64,000 nt of DNA from Felis catus (lineage: Eukaryota), in the NCBI RefSeq assembly GCF_018350175.1, contig NC_058368.1, positions 106,518,001 through 106,582,000 on the forward strand. Direction: 5' to 3'. The notes below the pieces were generated by a model. It had not been told where the DNA came from and searched no databases. It was given only the letters and a program-made list of their open reading frames with translations. Below are positions 52,388 through 64,000 of the stretch, piece after piece (within the stretch, counting starts at the first letter, position 1; every line of letters begins with the position of its first letter). The position numbers were made by a program, and so were the translations under genes.

Positions 52388-54423
52388 CTGATCATTCTAG
52401 GTTGAGTCTACCAGGAGATCAGACACTGACTCACCTCTTTCTGTTTCAAAGCCTGTGGGTACCATTGTAGAATGGCAATTATTTTTACCTCTGCAATACT
52501 TCCCTCCTGCTTGGAGAAGATTTAACTTCAGATGATCAGACTAGCTCACTTACCCATCATTTCAATACTCTTTTAAGAAGAAAGTTTTCTCAGACTTCAT
52601 GATTGCCAAGAATTCTTTTTCTACTAGATTATGAATGAAATGTAGTTTCTTTAATATCTGTAATTGCTTGTCTTCATCTATAACTTTTTTCAGAAGCATG
52701 GAATTAGAGAATTTATATTGCCAACTGAAGCTTTTTCAGACTCTTGCATTTTATGGAGTCTCAGGTTAATTCATTCTCTTTGGGGTAAATTTCTTATTTT
52801 TATAATTCTTTTTCCTTTCTTCTCCCTAAAATGATGTTTTCCTATATGGATGTTGTAGTTTGTGCTGTCCTCTGCATCACTGTTGGCTCCTCTGATAGTT
52901 TCCTTGCTGCCGCCATCACTGGTCACCTGCTGCTGATGTGTGGTACTGGTAAACTCAAGACTGGTTCACTTGCCTTGGTTGCATTCCCCTGGTTACCATG
53001 CACACCTGGTACAGCTTGGTTTTTTCTCTTATGCCAACCCCCCCCCCCATGAGTCTTACCCACCCTTTACTTGAACTGAAGTAGAATGTCCTCATCCCTT
53101 TCTTTGGCAGCCCTGTGGCAGAACCCGTGGCGCAATCTCTCTGCTGAAAAGGCATGAGGACTTTGGAGAAACTGATGGGCTATCCCTACCTCAGCCACTT
53201 GTAGCCCACTCTCTGATAGCACGTGTTCTTTAAAGACTTCATTAAATAGACTGACAATTTTCTGTTATATGCTTAGACCAGCCAAAAGTAATACTTAGTG
53301 CTCTGGGATTCTCTTAGGTTGGTGTGTCAGTTCCCAACCGTTATACACTCCCACACCAGATTTCGAGTCTCCCTAGATAGTTCTCCTCTTACTGTCTTTG
53401 GAAATTTCACCAACTATTCCCATTTTAGGTGAGAATTGCTTTCTTGTTAAAATCAGTTTTCTTTGCCTTCAACTTGAGTTAAACATATTTTCACATTATG
53501 TACATTACTTTTAGATTTTCTGCTAATAGAGATATTTCATAATTGCTAGAAAAGTTGAAAAATTCACATAATATAAAAAATGAAAAAATATTTAAAAATC
53601 TCTGCCAAGGGATAATGACAATCATTGTTTCATCTTACAAACTTCTCCAACTTTCTGATGGGTTTATTGTCATTTTGTTGTGTTATAGCCATATAATTTT
53701 ATACAGATAAGATCATATTACTATATATCTTTGCAAATTATTTCTTTCATTCCACAAGTGCTCTTAGAGATCTTGTCTACTAATGAGTGTAAATAGACCT
53801 CCCTTTTCAAAGGTAGACTAGGTTCCAGTACTTAAAAGGGCCATAATTCATTTTATGAATCCCCTAGTGGTTTATGCATTAGTAAAAGATATGTTTAAAA
53901 ATTGTGTATCTGTTTTTAATTTCTCTGTTTTCTAAGTCTTCTAACCTGACTATATTATAGTTGAATAGTCATTATGAAATTATTCAGCTCTTTTTGAAAA
54001 AAAATTCTATTTGTAAAGAAGATAGGAATAAAATTTTATATTTTAACCAATATATAACTAAGTAGTTACATATAGCTATTATTGTAATAGCTAACAAATA
54101 ACTAAAAGGCGTGGAATGGTTGCAATCTTCATGGCATGGGGTTTACTCTCAGACTCAGCCCCTAGGATTGTGTAGTAAGTAGAATATAATCATGGAATGA
54201 AATTTTGAATGTGTCTTATTTGTTCTTTGTTATCCATGACCTTAAAATTTGCAAAGAACTTTCACTCTTTAAAATGTTGAGGGAAAAATAAAATAAAATA
54301 AAATGTTGAGGGAAATTCCGTTTTCTGACATAAAGGCCTTTATGTTGTGATCTTTCTGAAATGAGCCAACATCAACAAGTAGAACTATGTGACGTATACA
54401 TAGTTCTGGGGCAAGAAGATATT

Positions 54424-54634
54424 TTTTAAAGTTCATTTATTTTAAGAGAGAGAGTGAGTGAGCGTGAGTGCGGGAGGGGCAGAAAGTGAGAGAGAGGGAG
54501 AAAGAGAATCCTAAGCAGGCCCTGCGCTATCAGTACATAGCCTGATGCAGGGCTCGATCTCATGAACCATGAGATGATAACCTGAGCTGAGATCAAGAGT
54601 CAGACACTTAACTGACTGAGCCACTCAGGTGCCC
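54424..54634 (-). mobile_element. Can-SINE
   Basis: Typical antisense body; AAGATATT on both flanks. Confidence 0.94.
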
Positions 54635-54644
54635 TCATAATAAG

Positions 54645-56420
54645 ATATTAAAATGACAAAGGACACTTTATAATAAAAAAATGCACATTGTATTACAGCC
54701 TTGAATGGATACAAAATTACAAAGCATAATTTGACAAAGCTGTGAGGAATAAGGGAATCGGTAAGACAACAGGAGACTCTAATCCCCACAATAGATTGAG
54801 GAAATAAGAAAGAAAGGGTGGAGCTTTAATTAACAAATAGAAAATTTAAAACACCTAGTGTTGTTTATGTGCCATACTTTTCTATGATTTTTACATATAC
54901 TGATATATTTAAATATTCTTTTCAAGTACCTGTGAAACATTGACAGGTAACAAAATAGTATCCCATACCACATTTATTGATCATTGGATAAAGGAAGAGA
55001 TCATAACAAAAAGTACTATGTTTAAATTTCTTTTAAAAAATTTACTCTTCGGTCGCCTGGGTGGCTCAGTCGGTTAAGTGTCTGACTTAGGCTCGGGTCA
55101 TGATCTCACAGTTTGTGAGTTTGAGCCCCACATCGGGCCCTGTGCTGATAGCTCAGAGCCTGGAGCCTGCTTTGGATTCTGTCTCCCTCTCTTTCTGCCC
55201 CTCCCATGCTCATGCTCTGTCTCTCTCTGTCTCTCAATAATAAATACATGTTAAAATATTTTAAAAAAATGTACTTTTCTTCACCTTACATCACAAGAAG
55301 AAATCAAACTAATGTGGATTATGTATAAAATGTTAGTAAAATTTTATGGTATAAAACTTATGGGATGTATTGACTAAAGCCATATATAGAGTATTATTTA
55401 TAATGATAAATATTTAAATTTCTGACAAAGACAAATTATTAAAAAATAGAATACTAAATTCAAAACGTTATTAAATTATACCTAACAAAAGCCAAAAATA
55501 AAAGTGGAAACTGAAAAGAATTAGAAAATAGAACTTTCTTATTTACAACATATGGATAATCCTACTAGATAATGTATATGAGAAGAGTATACATACATAA
55601 AAGAAGAAATGAATATATAAAAACTATTTCAAAGGATTTCAAATGGATTGGAAGCTAACACTTCAGGAAATAAATTTGATAAATTCAGTGAAATGGATAG
55701 TTCTTCTATTAATACCTAAATTACCTAAACTGACCTAGAGGAGATAGAAAGCCTAAATAGATTAAATCCATTATAGGTACAGGGAAGGTGTCAACGTCAT
55801 CTCTAAAAGACCTTGTGCAAACATTTCCACAGGTGCATTAGATCAAACGCTCAAGCAGAACAGGGTGCTAGTAAGATTCTTTTAATTTCCCCAACTTAAT
55901 CTCATGTAATATTATGCTTAGGAAATTCTCACAACTTCCGGAGCCAGCATAATGGAGAATCCTGACAAGATGTATAAAAACTAAAAACCATAGACTAGCC
56001 TCTTTTATTAATATCAGTGAAAAATTTCTAAACTATTAAAAATCTAGAAGCCCACAGCATTTTAAAAAATAATACGCTGAGACCAGTTATATCAAGCAAA
56101 AATACAAAGAGTTCTCAGTATAAGAAGATGTAATAAATTGTAATAATACAACTGTGAAAAAAATGTTCCATTTTTAAAGGTAGGAAAAGATTTGCTAAAA
56201 TCAATGCCATTCCAGATAAAATACTTTATAAAACAGAAATAGATAAATATTTTATAATATTTTAATCTATAAATATAAAATGGTTAAGAGGTTTTCATAT
56301 CCATTGTAAATATATATATTTGTATACACATATTATCCATCACCTATATTTTAATATGGAATAAACTGAAATTTCAAATCCCATTTCCAGTAATTAAGAA
56401 ACAATGCCCCAATTCCACTT
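54645..56420 (+). mobile_element. Highly decayed L1M ORF2 region
   Basis: A-rich tract with L1-like motifs (AAAACTTATGGGATG; GAAATGGATAGTTC; GAGATAGAAAGCCTAAATAG; AGACTAGCCTCTTTTATTAATAT). Confidence 0.6.
55051..55268 (+). mobile_element. Can-SINE
   Basis: AAAAAAT(T/G)TACT on both sides as TSD. Confidence 0.95.
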
Positions 56421-57172
56421 TTGTATGCTACTATCTTGGCATAACATTAACATTTATTGTAGTCATTAAATTGTCCTTATCAATGCTTTGGAAGAAAAAT
56501 AAGATCTAAAAAGTAGATTCATGTCTTCCCAGGATGAAAGTGGATAGAAGATGGGATACATACTACACATACTCGTTTTTTTTTATTATACATACCATTT
56601 TTATCCACACACAGTATACATACACTCATCCTCATCCTCAAGGGAGACAGCCCAAAGTCCCATTGTTCTACTTAGACTATGCAGCTCAGAGTCCAGCGTT
56701 TCTGGGTATGTATGGTCTTGTCTTTAAGGTCATATGTGGTTGTCTACCATACAGAGATACCATACAGAGACAAGTCATGTGCCCCACCTATCCCATGACA
56801 TGGGAGTGTATGTGTGTGTGCACACACATTCAATAAAGAATGTTGGGATAAAAACAGTTAAGAGCAATAAAAGCCCCATTCAGAAACAGGAAGAATAGGA
56901 AACATAACATTCACTGAACCCTATCAAACAAGCCCTGCTGGGCAGGAATTGTAAAGGACCCTTGTCCTGCTAATAGAGGAAGTTGCTTATTGGGACCCTG
57001 GTTTGCACCCTTGCATAAGTGTCCTTGTCCTTGTTTTGGTTCTCTCTGAACCTTTTTTTGATTCTGAATTGGTCATTAAAGACCAATGTCGTCTTTGGAG
57101 CACTTGGGTTTTGAGTTGATCTCTGTGCACTTTGAGAAGCCTGGAGTTTGCTTTAAGAGTCCAGCAAACACA

Positions 57173-57365
57173 GGGGGTGCCTGGGTCGCTCAGTTGGCTG
57201 AGTATCTTACTTTGGCTCAGGTCATGATCTTGTGTTTCATGAGTTTAAGCCCCACATTGGGCTCACTGCTGTCAGCCGGTCAGTGCAGAACCCACTTCAG
57301 ATCCTCTGTTCCCCTTTCTCTGTCTCTCCCCTGCTTGTGCTCTCCCAGAAAGAAATAAAATAGAT
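57173..57365 (+). mobile_element. Can-SINE
   Basis: TSD TTAAGAGT(CC/TG)AGCAA. Confidence 0.92.
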
Positions 57366-57495
57366 ATTAAGAGTTGAGCAACACAGGCATTGAGGGTCAA
57401 GCTTGTAGTTTCTTCACAAGTACTACTTTAGCAGTACTACTCTTTGAAATCGAAAACAAAACCTGGTAGGTTCTTATCTATCTATCTATCTATCT

Positions 57496-57960
57496 ATTTA
57501 TTTATTTATTTATTTTAAATTTTTTTTAACATTTATTTATTTTTTTTAATTTTTTTTTCAACGTTTATTTATTTTTGGGACAGAGAGAAACAGAGCATGA
57601 ATGGGGGAGGGGCAGAGAGAGAGGGAGACACAGAATCGGAAAGAGGCTCCAGGCTCTGAGCCATCAGCCCAGAGCCTGACGCGGGGCTCGAACTCACGGA
57701 CCGCGAGATCGTGACCTGGCTGAAGTCAGACGCTTAACCAACTGCACCACCCAGGCGCCCCAACATTTATTTATTTTTAAGACAGAGACAGAGCATGAAT
57801 GAGAGAGGGTCAGAGAGAGAGGGAAACACAGAATCTGAAGCAGGCTCCAGGCTCTGAGCTGTCAGCACAGAGCCCAATGCGGGGCTCGAACTCATGGACC
57901 GAGAGATCATGACCTGAACTGAAGTCAGATGCTTAACCCACTGAGCCACCCAGGCACCCC
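57496..57960 (-). mobile_element. Can-SINE (outer element, split by a nested SINE)
   Basis: Body at 57762-57960, tail continues left of 57545; flanks GGTTCTTATCTAT and AGTCCTTATCTAT. Confidence 0.92.
57545..57761 (-). mobile_element. Young felid SINE nested in the tail of the outer SINE
   Basis: 17-bp TSD AACATTTATTTATTTTT at 57528-57544 and 57762-57778; CpG-rich. Confidence 0.97.
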
Positions 57961-58029
57961 AGTCCTTATCTATTTAGTACTAGTCAGTTTCATATGAAAT
58001 CAAGATTAGCTAACATCTCACCTGGTCCT

Positions 58030-58985
58030 TATTTTAAAGGCTGTTTGAAATATAATTGATATATCACACGACTCACCTATTTAAAGTGTATCTTTTGAGA
58101 GGTTTTAGCATATTTACAAAATTGTGCAACTATCACAACAAACTTAACATTTTGATCACCAAAAGAACTCCCATATCCATTAAGAGTTCCTTCCATCTTC
58201 CGCCATTTGCTTCTAGCCCTAGGCAACCACAAATCTACTTTCTGTCTGTATAGATTTGCCTATTTGGGCATTTGGTATAAATGAAATCATTTACTATATG
58301 ATCTTTTTGTGACTTTGTGTGACATTTAGCATGATGTTTTCAAGGTTCATCCATGTTATGGTATTTAACGGTACCTCATTTACTTTTATTGCTTAATAAT
58401 GTTCCGTAGTATGGACAGATAACATAATTTATCCATTCATTACTTTATGGACTTTTGGATTGTTTCTCCTTTTTAGCTGCTACGAATGATGCTGCTATGA
58501 ACTTTGGAGTTCAAGATTTTGCAGATATGTTTTTATTCCTCTTGGGTTTGAACCAAGAGATACAGATATGAATTTTCTGTTAACTTTATATTTATTTTAT
58601 TTTTAAGTATTTTTTTTTTTTTTTGAGAAAGAGTGTATATGCACATAAGCAGAGAAGGGGCAGAGAGAAAGTGAGAGAGAGAATCTCAAGCAAGCCCTGA
58701 GTGGTCAGCATGGAGCCTGACGTGGGGCTCAATCCCACAAACCATGAGAGATCATGATGTAAGCCAAACTCAAGAGTTGGATACTTAACCTACTGAGCCA
58801 CTCAGGTGCCCCTTAACTTTATATTTAACTTTGTGAAGAAATGCCAAACTATTTTCCAAAGTGTCTGCGCCATTTTGCATTCCAACCAGGTTCCAATTCC
58901 TTCCCAACCTTGCCAACACTCAACATTATCTCTTTTGATGGCAAACATCTTATTGTGTCTGAGATGGAAACTCGTTGTAGTTATT
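58030..58985 (-). mobile_element. Old L1 (L1MA/MB-like) 3' end
   Basis: AGCCCTAGGCAACCACAAATCTACTTTCTGTCTGTATAGATTTGCC and TTTAGCATGATGTTTTCAAGGTTCATCCATGTT motifs. Confidence 0.88.
58600..58812 (-). mobile_element. Can-SINE inserted in L1
   Basis: TTAACTTT(T)ATATTTA on both sides as TSD. Confidence 0.93.
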
Positions 58986-59477
58986 TATTATTTTAATGCT
59001 TAAAACACTTGGTTTGCTGATTTCTCCTGTTCAGCCCATTATCCTCACCCTCAATTTAATGATACTTACCCTCAGGTCTCCTGAATCTACAGAACTAGGT
59101 GGTAGGTCAAAATCTTAACTTGGGCTTTGCTGCTGAGGTGGTTCTTATTAACAGAGAACAATGGGAGGCATTCAAGAAACCCTTTGAATATCATTTTCAT
59201 TTCCTAATCTTTGAAGGTGTTGAAACAGTTTTTCCCACAAATTTCTAGAATCTCAGTCAATTTAGGTTTGGGGCCTTTAGCTAAAAGTAGACTTTAGCAG
59301 AGATGTTACTGCTTTCTGTCTGACTATAGCTTTACAATATTATATCCCATCATCTATAATAGTTTTATAGGAGAGAATGGTCCTTATTATTTGAAGACTG
59401 GTTATTTTTGTCCTATACTGTAGCATCTTGCTAAATAAAATATAATAAGGAATAGTCAAACCTATCAATATTTTGGC

Positions 59478-59690
59478 TTTTTTTGTTTTAATGTTTATGT
59501 TTGAGAGACAGAAGGATAGAGTGCAAGCAGGGAGGGGCAGAGAGAGAGGGAGACACAAAATATGAAGCAGGCTTCAAGCTCTGAGCTGTCAGCACAGAGC
59601 TGACATGGGACTCAAACTCATGAACCATGAATGAGAGCATGACCTGAGCCGAAGTCAGACACTTAACTGACTGAGCCACCCAGGCGCCCC
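59478..59690 (-). mobile_element. Can-SINE
   Basis: TSD CAATATTTTG; small internal duplication CATGAACCATGAA. Confidence 0.95.
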
Positions 59691-60662
59691 AATATTTTGA
59701 GTCTTTAAAAACACTTCCCCTATAGGTACAATTTCATTTTGCATGTAATCTGCCTTCAGAGTACCACAGGCCGAGGTTTGTGACATGTTTGCCATAGTAT
59801 AATTGTGATCATCAGTTTTCCAGGATGTACCATCTGGTCCCTTGCTGTACATCACAGCACTAATTAATAAATAAATAGCACAGGTCTCATTGTGGCACTA
59901 TCCCATTTTTCAGTGGCTAATTTCTAAATAAAGCTAAATTTATATAATGAAGCAACTAAAAACTATAGCGGCTCAAGCAAAACAAAAGATTATATTTCTC
60001 TCATGATAATCCAACCGTTGGTAGGTAGCCTGTGGCAAGTAGATGGCTCTAAACCAAAAAGATATCCAGAGAAAAAGATTCTTTCTATATTACTCTTCTA
60101 ACTGTGAAAATGTTTTCCTCAACTGTGTCATAGATCCTGGCTCTTCAGCAGCAAGACCTCATTCTAGTCTGTAGGAGATAGAAAAATGATATCAAAGACA
60201 GTAGTTGTAGCTTAATTTTAACCATTTAATTTTCACATCATATTCTGTCTTTTGAGTTTTACCTATCGACATAAATTCACATGCATGCTTTTCTAAATGG
60301 GCACTAGATCCACTATTATTTGGCTTTTTAAGATTCTGGTGTTTGGCCTCTTCATTCTTGACTCAGATTTCAGCCTCACCAAGGGAGGGTCCCTGGTCTT
60401 GACCTTAGGATTGAGGAAAATTGGCTAGCTGTTAGGTTGGCACGTTTAAGAAATTGGTAGAGAAAGATCTTAAAAGAGAAGTAGTTGAAAAGATCAAAAT
60501 CTAGAATGCTTAAATTATACTTTAGAAGCCCAGACAGACCCCCCCCCCCCCCGACCCTGCCACCAATCATAGCAACATAGTGCAACACTTGGACATCAGC
60601 ACTCCTAGGGCTTTGGGTCCTTTGGTCTTTCCAATGTCTGCCACTCAAGAGCTGCCCCCCCC

Positions 60663-60886
60663 TTTTTTTTAAAGTTTATTTGCTTATTTTGTGACAGGGA
60701 GAGAGAGAGCAGGGAAGGGGTGGACAGTGGGAGAGAGAATCTTAAGCAGGCTCTGCATTGTTAGCTCAGAGCCCGAAGCAGGGCTTGAACCCATGATGCA
60801 GGGCTCAAACCCATGAACCATGAGATCATGACCTGAGCCGAGATCAAGATTAGTATGCTTAACTAACTGAGACACCCAGATGCCCC
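60663..60886 (-). mobile_element. Can-SINE with duplicated B-box segment
   Basis: GCAGGGCTTGAACCCATGA and GCAGGGCTCAAACCCATGA in tandem; flanks AAGAGCTG/AAAAGCTG. Confidence 0.92.
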
Positions 60887-62430
60887 AAAAGCTGAAACTT
60901 TAAAAAAAAATAGGTAAATGGGTGTTATTTTTAATTTACCTTTTTATACAGTCTTCTGTTTGAAGTTCAGGATGATCCTGTTCTGCACTTGTGTAAATAC
61001 TGGGTATCAGGCTCTGACCTACCCACTTGCCACTCACGTGGCCATGCAGAGGACCCTTCATAACACGTGTTGGTGTAACAATGCTAAGAAAACAGCAGAG
61101 AATACCTACTGCTTTCTGTTTCAAAAGCATTTAGGTGCTTTCTTGACCTACTGTGTTACCATTCAAGTCTTAGCAAAACATAAAAATTTGTAAAACTTTT
61201 GAGAAGGTCACATAAAATTTTCTCCTTAATATTTTTGAGTGATAAATTACATCATATGTCTCTATATATGTGGAATAAACACTACAGGGACATGATGTCC
61301 TTTTTTTCATAATCTTCAGAAATCTATTTGGTAATACTGCATGTCAAATTTACATATAGGATAATAAATAACATTAAGCTATCTGTTTCTTTGGTTGAAT
61401 AGTCTTTGTTCAATTCTCCCATCAGTGATATCACATTTTAATAAAATGAGATTGTTAGCTCCTTCCTCCTTTGTATTTCTTCTCAGTAGGTTTGTAGACA
61501 CTAGAGATTATTTTTTCCTTGACATTTCAATAAGCTTGTCCCTTCTAATATCTGGGCTTTGTGTTTTGGGCCAGAAGGACTAGAAAACTAGATAATTTTT
61601 GATTTGGGACTTAGTTCCTTTAATGATTATTGGTATTTTCCAATTCTCCTTTTCATCATATTTTGCATGAAAATTGTCCAGTTACATCTCTGAGTCTGCA
61701 CTCCAAAATATGTCTCAAATCTGTCCTATCTTCACCACAATGGAAAGTGACCAGTCCAAAACATCTATCAGACTGTTATCAGACAACCTAGACAGTTGGA
61801 ATAACTACCAATTTTCTTTTTTTAACTTTTTCTTCCCTTCAAGTCATGCTCCAGCCAACAGTACAAGTGATTGTTTCAAAGTGTAAAACAGATTCTTGCA
61901 TTCCCATCTAAAGTTGAGCTCTCTACTTGGTCCTGCTCTAGTCCACAGATATTTGTCTCTTTAACTGGGAGTCATAGATCCCTGAATCACAGATATCTTG
62001 AAGACTTTGCCTTGCAATAGTCATTCAGGGTGTCTGCTAAGGTTCTTTCTAAAAGGGTTCATGGGTTATTTTTATTTTGATGTCTGTTCTGGAGGGCCAG
62101 ATCTCCAGGCTTTAGTTGATCCAAGGGCTGGTTAGTTCGACGTTGACCTAGGTTTCCCCTATCATTTGATCAGCTGTGTGTACTATGAGTTACTTACATT
62201 ATTTGACCATGTCTTCTTGCAGCCAAAGGTCATAAGTAATGTTGTTGGATTTATAAATTGGCTTTTTCTAACTTAAAAAGAGCTAAGTACCTGCCACATG
62301 AGTTGATCTCTTTGTAATTGTAACTATGAACATTGCATTGGACCTGGGAGGCTAAAATATTGAGAAAGGTCCAGGTCAGTATAACCTGAGACTTCTTTAT
62401 ACTTGCCAGAAGATCAAGGGTGGTATAGAT

Positions 62431-62638
62431 CTGGAAGTAGGAAATATTTTCTAAAAATGGTCAGGTAATAAGTAATTTAAGCTTGTAGACCCTATGGGCT
62501 TTCTTGTAATTACTCTGCTGCTATAGCATTAAATGTGGCCAAAGACATTATAAAATGAATTTATGTTCCAGTAAAACCTTATTTACAAAGCACTTGTAGA
62601 CTGGGTATCTCCCATAGGCCATTGTTTGTCAACCCTTG
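62431..62638 (-). mobile_element. MER58A-like hAT-Charlie MITE
   Basis: TGTTCCAGTAAAACCTTATTTACAAA...TGTTTGTCAACCCTTG matches the recalled MER58A reverse complement; 8-bp TSD GTATAGA(T/C) at 62423-62430 and 62639-62646. Confidence 0.82.
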
Positions 62639-62688
62639 GTATAGACAGTGTTTGAATATTTGAGTGGTGGTGCTTTGTAGAATTTATT

Positions 62689-62902
62689 TATTTATTTTTA
62701 AATGTTTATTTATTTATTTTGAGAGAGAGAGAGAGCACACAAGTTGGGGAGGGGTAGAGAGAGGTAGAGAGAGAAACCCAAGCAAGCTCCATACTGTCAG
62801 CACAGAGCCTGAGCTGGGGCTCAAATTCACGAACCATGAGATCATGATCTGAGCAGAAGTCAGGAATTGGACACTCAACAGACTGAGTCACCCAGGCACC
62901 CC
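62689..62902 (-). mobile_element. Can-SINE
   Basis: TSD TG(T/C)AGAATTTATT at 62676-62688 and 62903-62915. Confidence 0.96.
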
Positions 62903-63205
62903 TGCAGAATTTATTAATGACAGCAACTCTAAATAAATTCCAGTTTTCCAAGGGAGAAACATGAAACTGAGTTGCCATTCTCACAGTTAGAGCTCTTCAA
63001 GAGGGAAAGGACTGGACTCTTCTTCAATATAACAGACAACAACCAGAGAACATTCATATTCCATTGTAGCAGGTACTAGTATGGAGTTCATTTGAGGGTA
63101 TTTACATGTCTCTTGTGATTTTGAATTTTATCCATGCCCATCTTCTTTTGCTAGAATTGTGTTTTTGACAGGTGAGGTATGCACAAAAGACATACTTTTT
63201 GACTT

Positions 63206-63259
63206 AAAACAAAACAAAACAAAACAAAACAACACACACACACACACACACACACACAC
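63206..63259. repeat. Compound (AAAAC)5(AC)n microsatellite
   Basis: Directly visible. Confidence 0.93.
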
Positions 63260-64000
63260 TCCTTACCAGCTAAAGTGTTGCTTTAAAACAGTGACCAATT
63301 CATTCCTGCTGTGGTGGACAGATCTCACGTAAGATGTTAGCAAGGTTCCAAATGGCCTCCTTTGCCACAATCAGCTTACTGTTCTAAGAGTGTTCGATTC
63401 TTTTAAAGTAGGTTATAGCCAAACCATTTATAATATTTTTACCTGATGTTGAGGTGGAATTGTGGCATCTTATAATAGTTTCTTTTAACTCCACCGAAGA
63501 CTTGGTTTGGGAGGATGTCACAAATCCCTTTGGAAGGATGGCCTGATCAGCATAACAGTGAGCAAGGATGTTTCCCTTAGTCCAAATCAGTCACTTTTGA
63601 CATGCTCTTTTAACTACCTTTATAATAGGAACTTCCTTTGCAGCATTAGGGTGTCTGAAAGCCCCTTGACTTGTCTAGTGTTTTAGGGTTCATTCTGCAG
63701 TTAGGGAGACTCACTATTCCCAAAGAATCTCAATAACATAGACACCCAGAGACCTACCCAGAGTCTGTTAATAAATCAACTTTCTTTCTCTAGCCACTTG
63801 GAAACTTCTAGTGAAGGCAATCACTCTTGTCATTTGAGCAGATTTGTTCTTAATTATGGGATTATATTTTGAGAATGAAATTAAATCTGTCATGGAATAG
63901 CCAGACTAATAATTTCTCATTTCTCCCTTTAGGTGTATCATCAATAGATTTTCCTATGGAGTTTCTAGTAAGAGTGTATATGAGGCATGGACAGTTGTGA

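Larger units (their letters stand above)
56620..60200 (-). mobile_element. Probable old MaLR internal sequence and LTR pieces, fragmented by SINE and L1 insertions
   Basis: Weak resemblance of 56620-57170 and 59700-60170 to MLT1 internal/LTR sequence; boundaries uncertain. Confidence 0.3.

Noticed and set aside
54381..54407. 10-bp perfect inverted repeat AGAACTATGT/ACATAGTTCT with a 7-nt loop
   Set aside because: Too short for a pre-miRNA or MITE, and plausible by chance in 64 kb of AT-rich DNA.
63443..63620. Minus-strand open stretch ending CAG|GTAAAA
   Set aside because: No suitable acceptor upstream and the peptide is unrecognised.
1..64000. Dispersed ~200-bp repeats considered as an array or novel system; CRISPR, operon or numt
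   Set aside because: The repeats are irregularly spaced, occur in both orientations and mostly have their own TSDs, as ordinary Can-SINEs do. I saw no prokaryotic or mitochondrial features.

Overview
This window is AT-rich, CpG-poor mammalian DNA from a felid (cat-like) genome, identified by about 33 tRNA-derived Can-SINEs of the felid SINEC_Fc type and carnivore/felid L1 3' ends. It looks like non-coding intergenic or deep intronic sequence. I found no protein-coding exon, RNA gene, CpG island or CRISPR array that I can support. The ORFs I could interpret are SINE read-throughs or degraded L1/ERV-L fragments, and the rest look like chance ORFs. The content is layered transposon remains: ancient L2, MIR, hAT MITEs, MaLR LTRs, L1M fragments and a decayed ERV-L gag-pol body (about 830-3050, minus strand), overlaid by younger carnivore L1s and SINEs with target-site duplications (TSDs). 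The most notable structures are an L1 with a twin-priming-type inversion (42.36-43.95 kb), an ERV-L pol lacking its RT catalytic core, a young SINE nested in another SINE's tail, probable tail-only retro-insertions, and young SINE/L1 copies that may be polymorphic. I could not support a previously undescribed biological system. Family names come from recalled consensus similarity rather than a database search, and boundaries of old elements are approximate.
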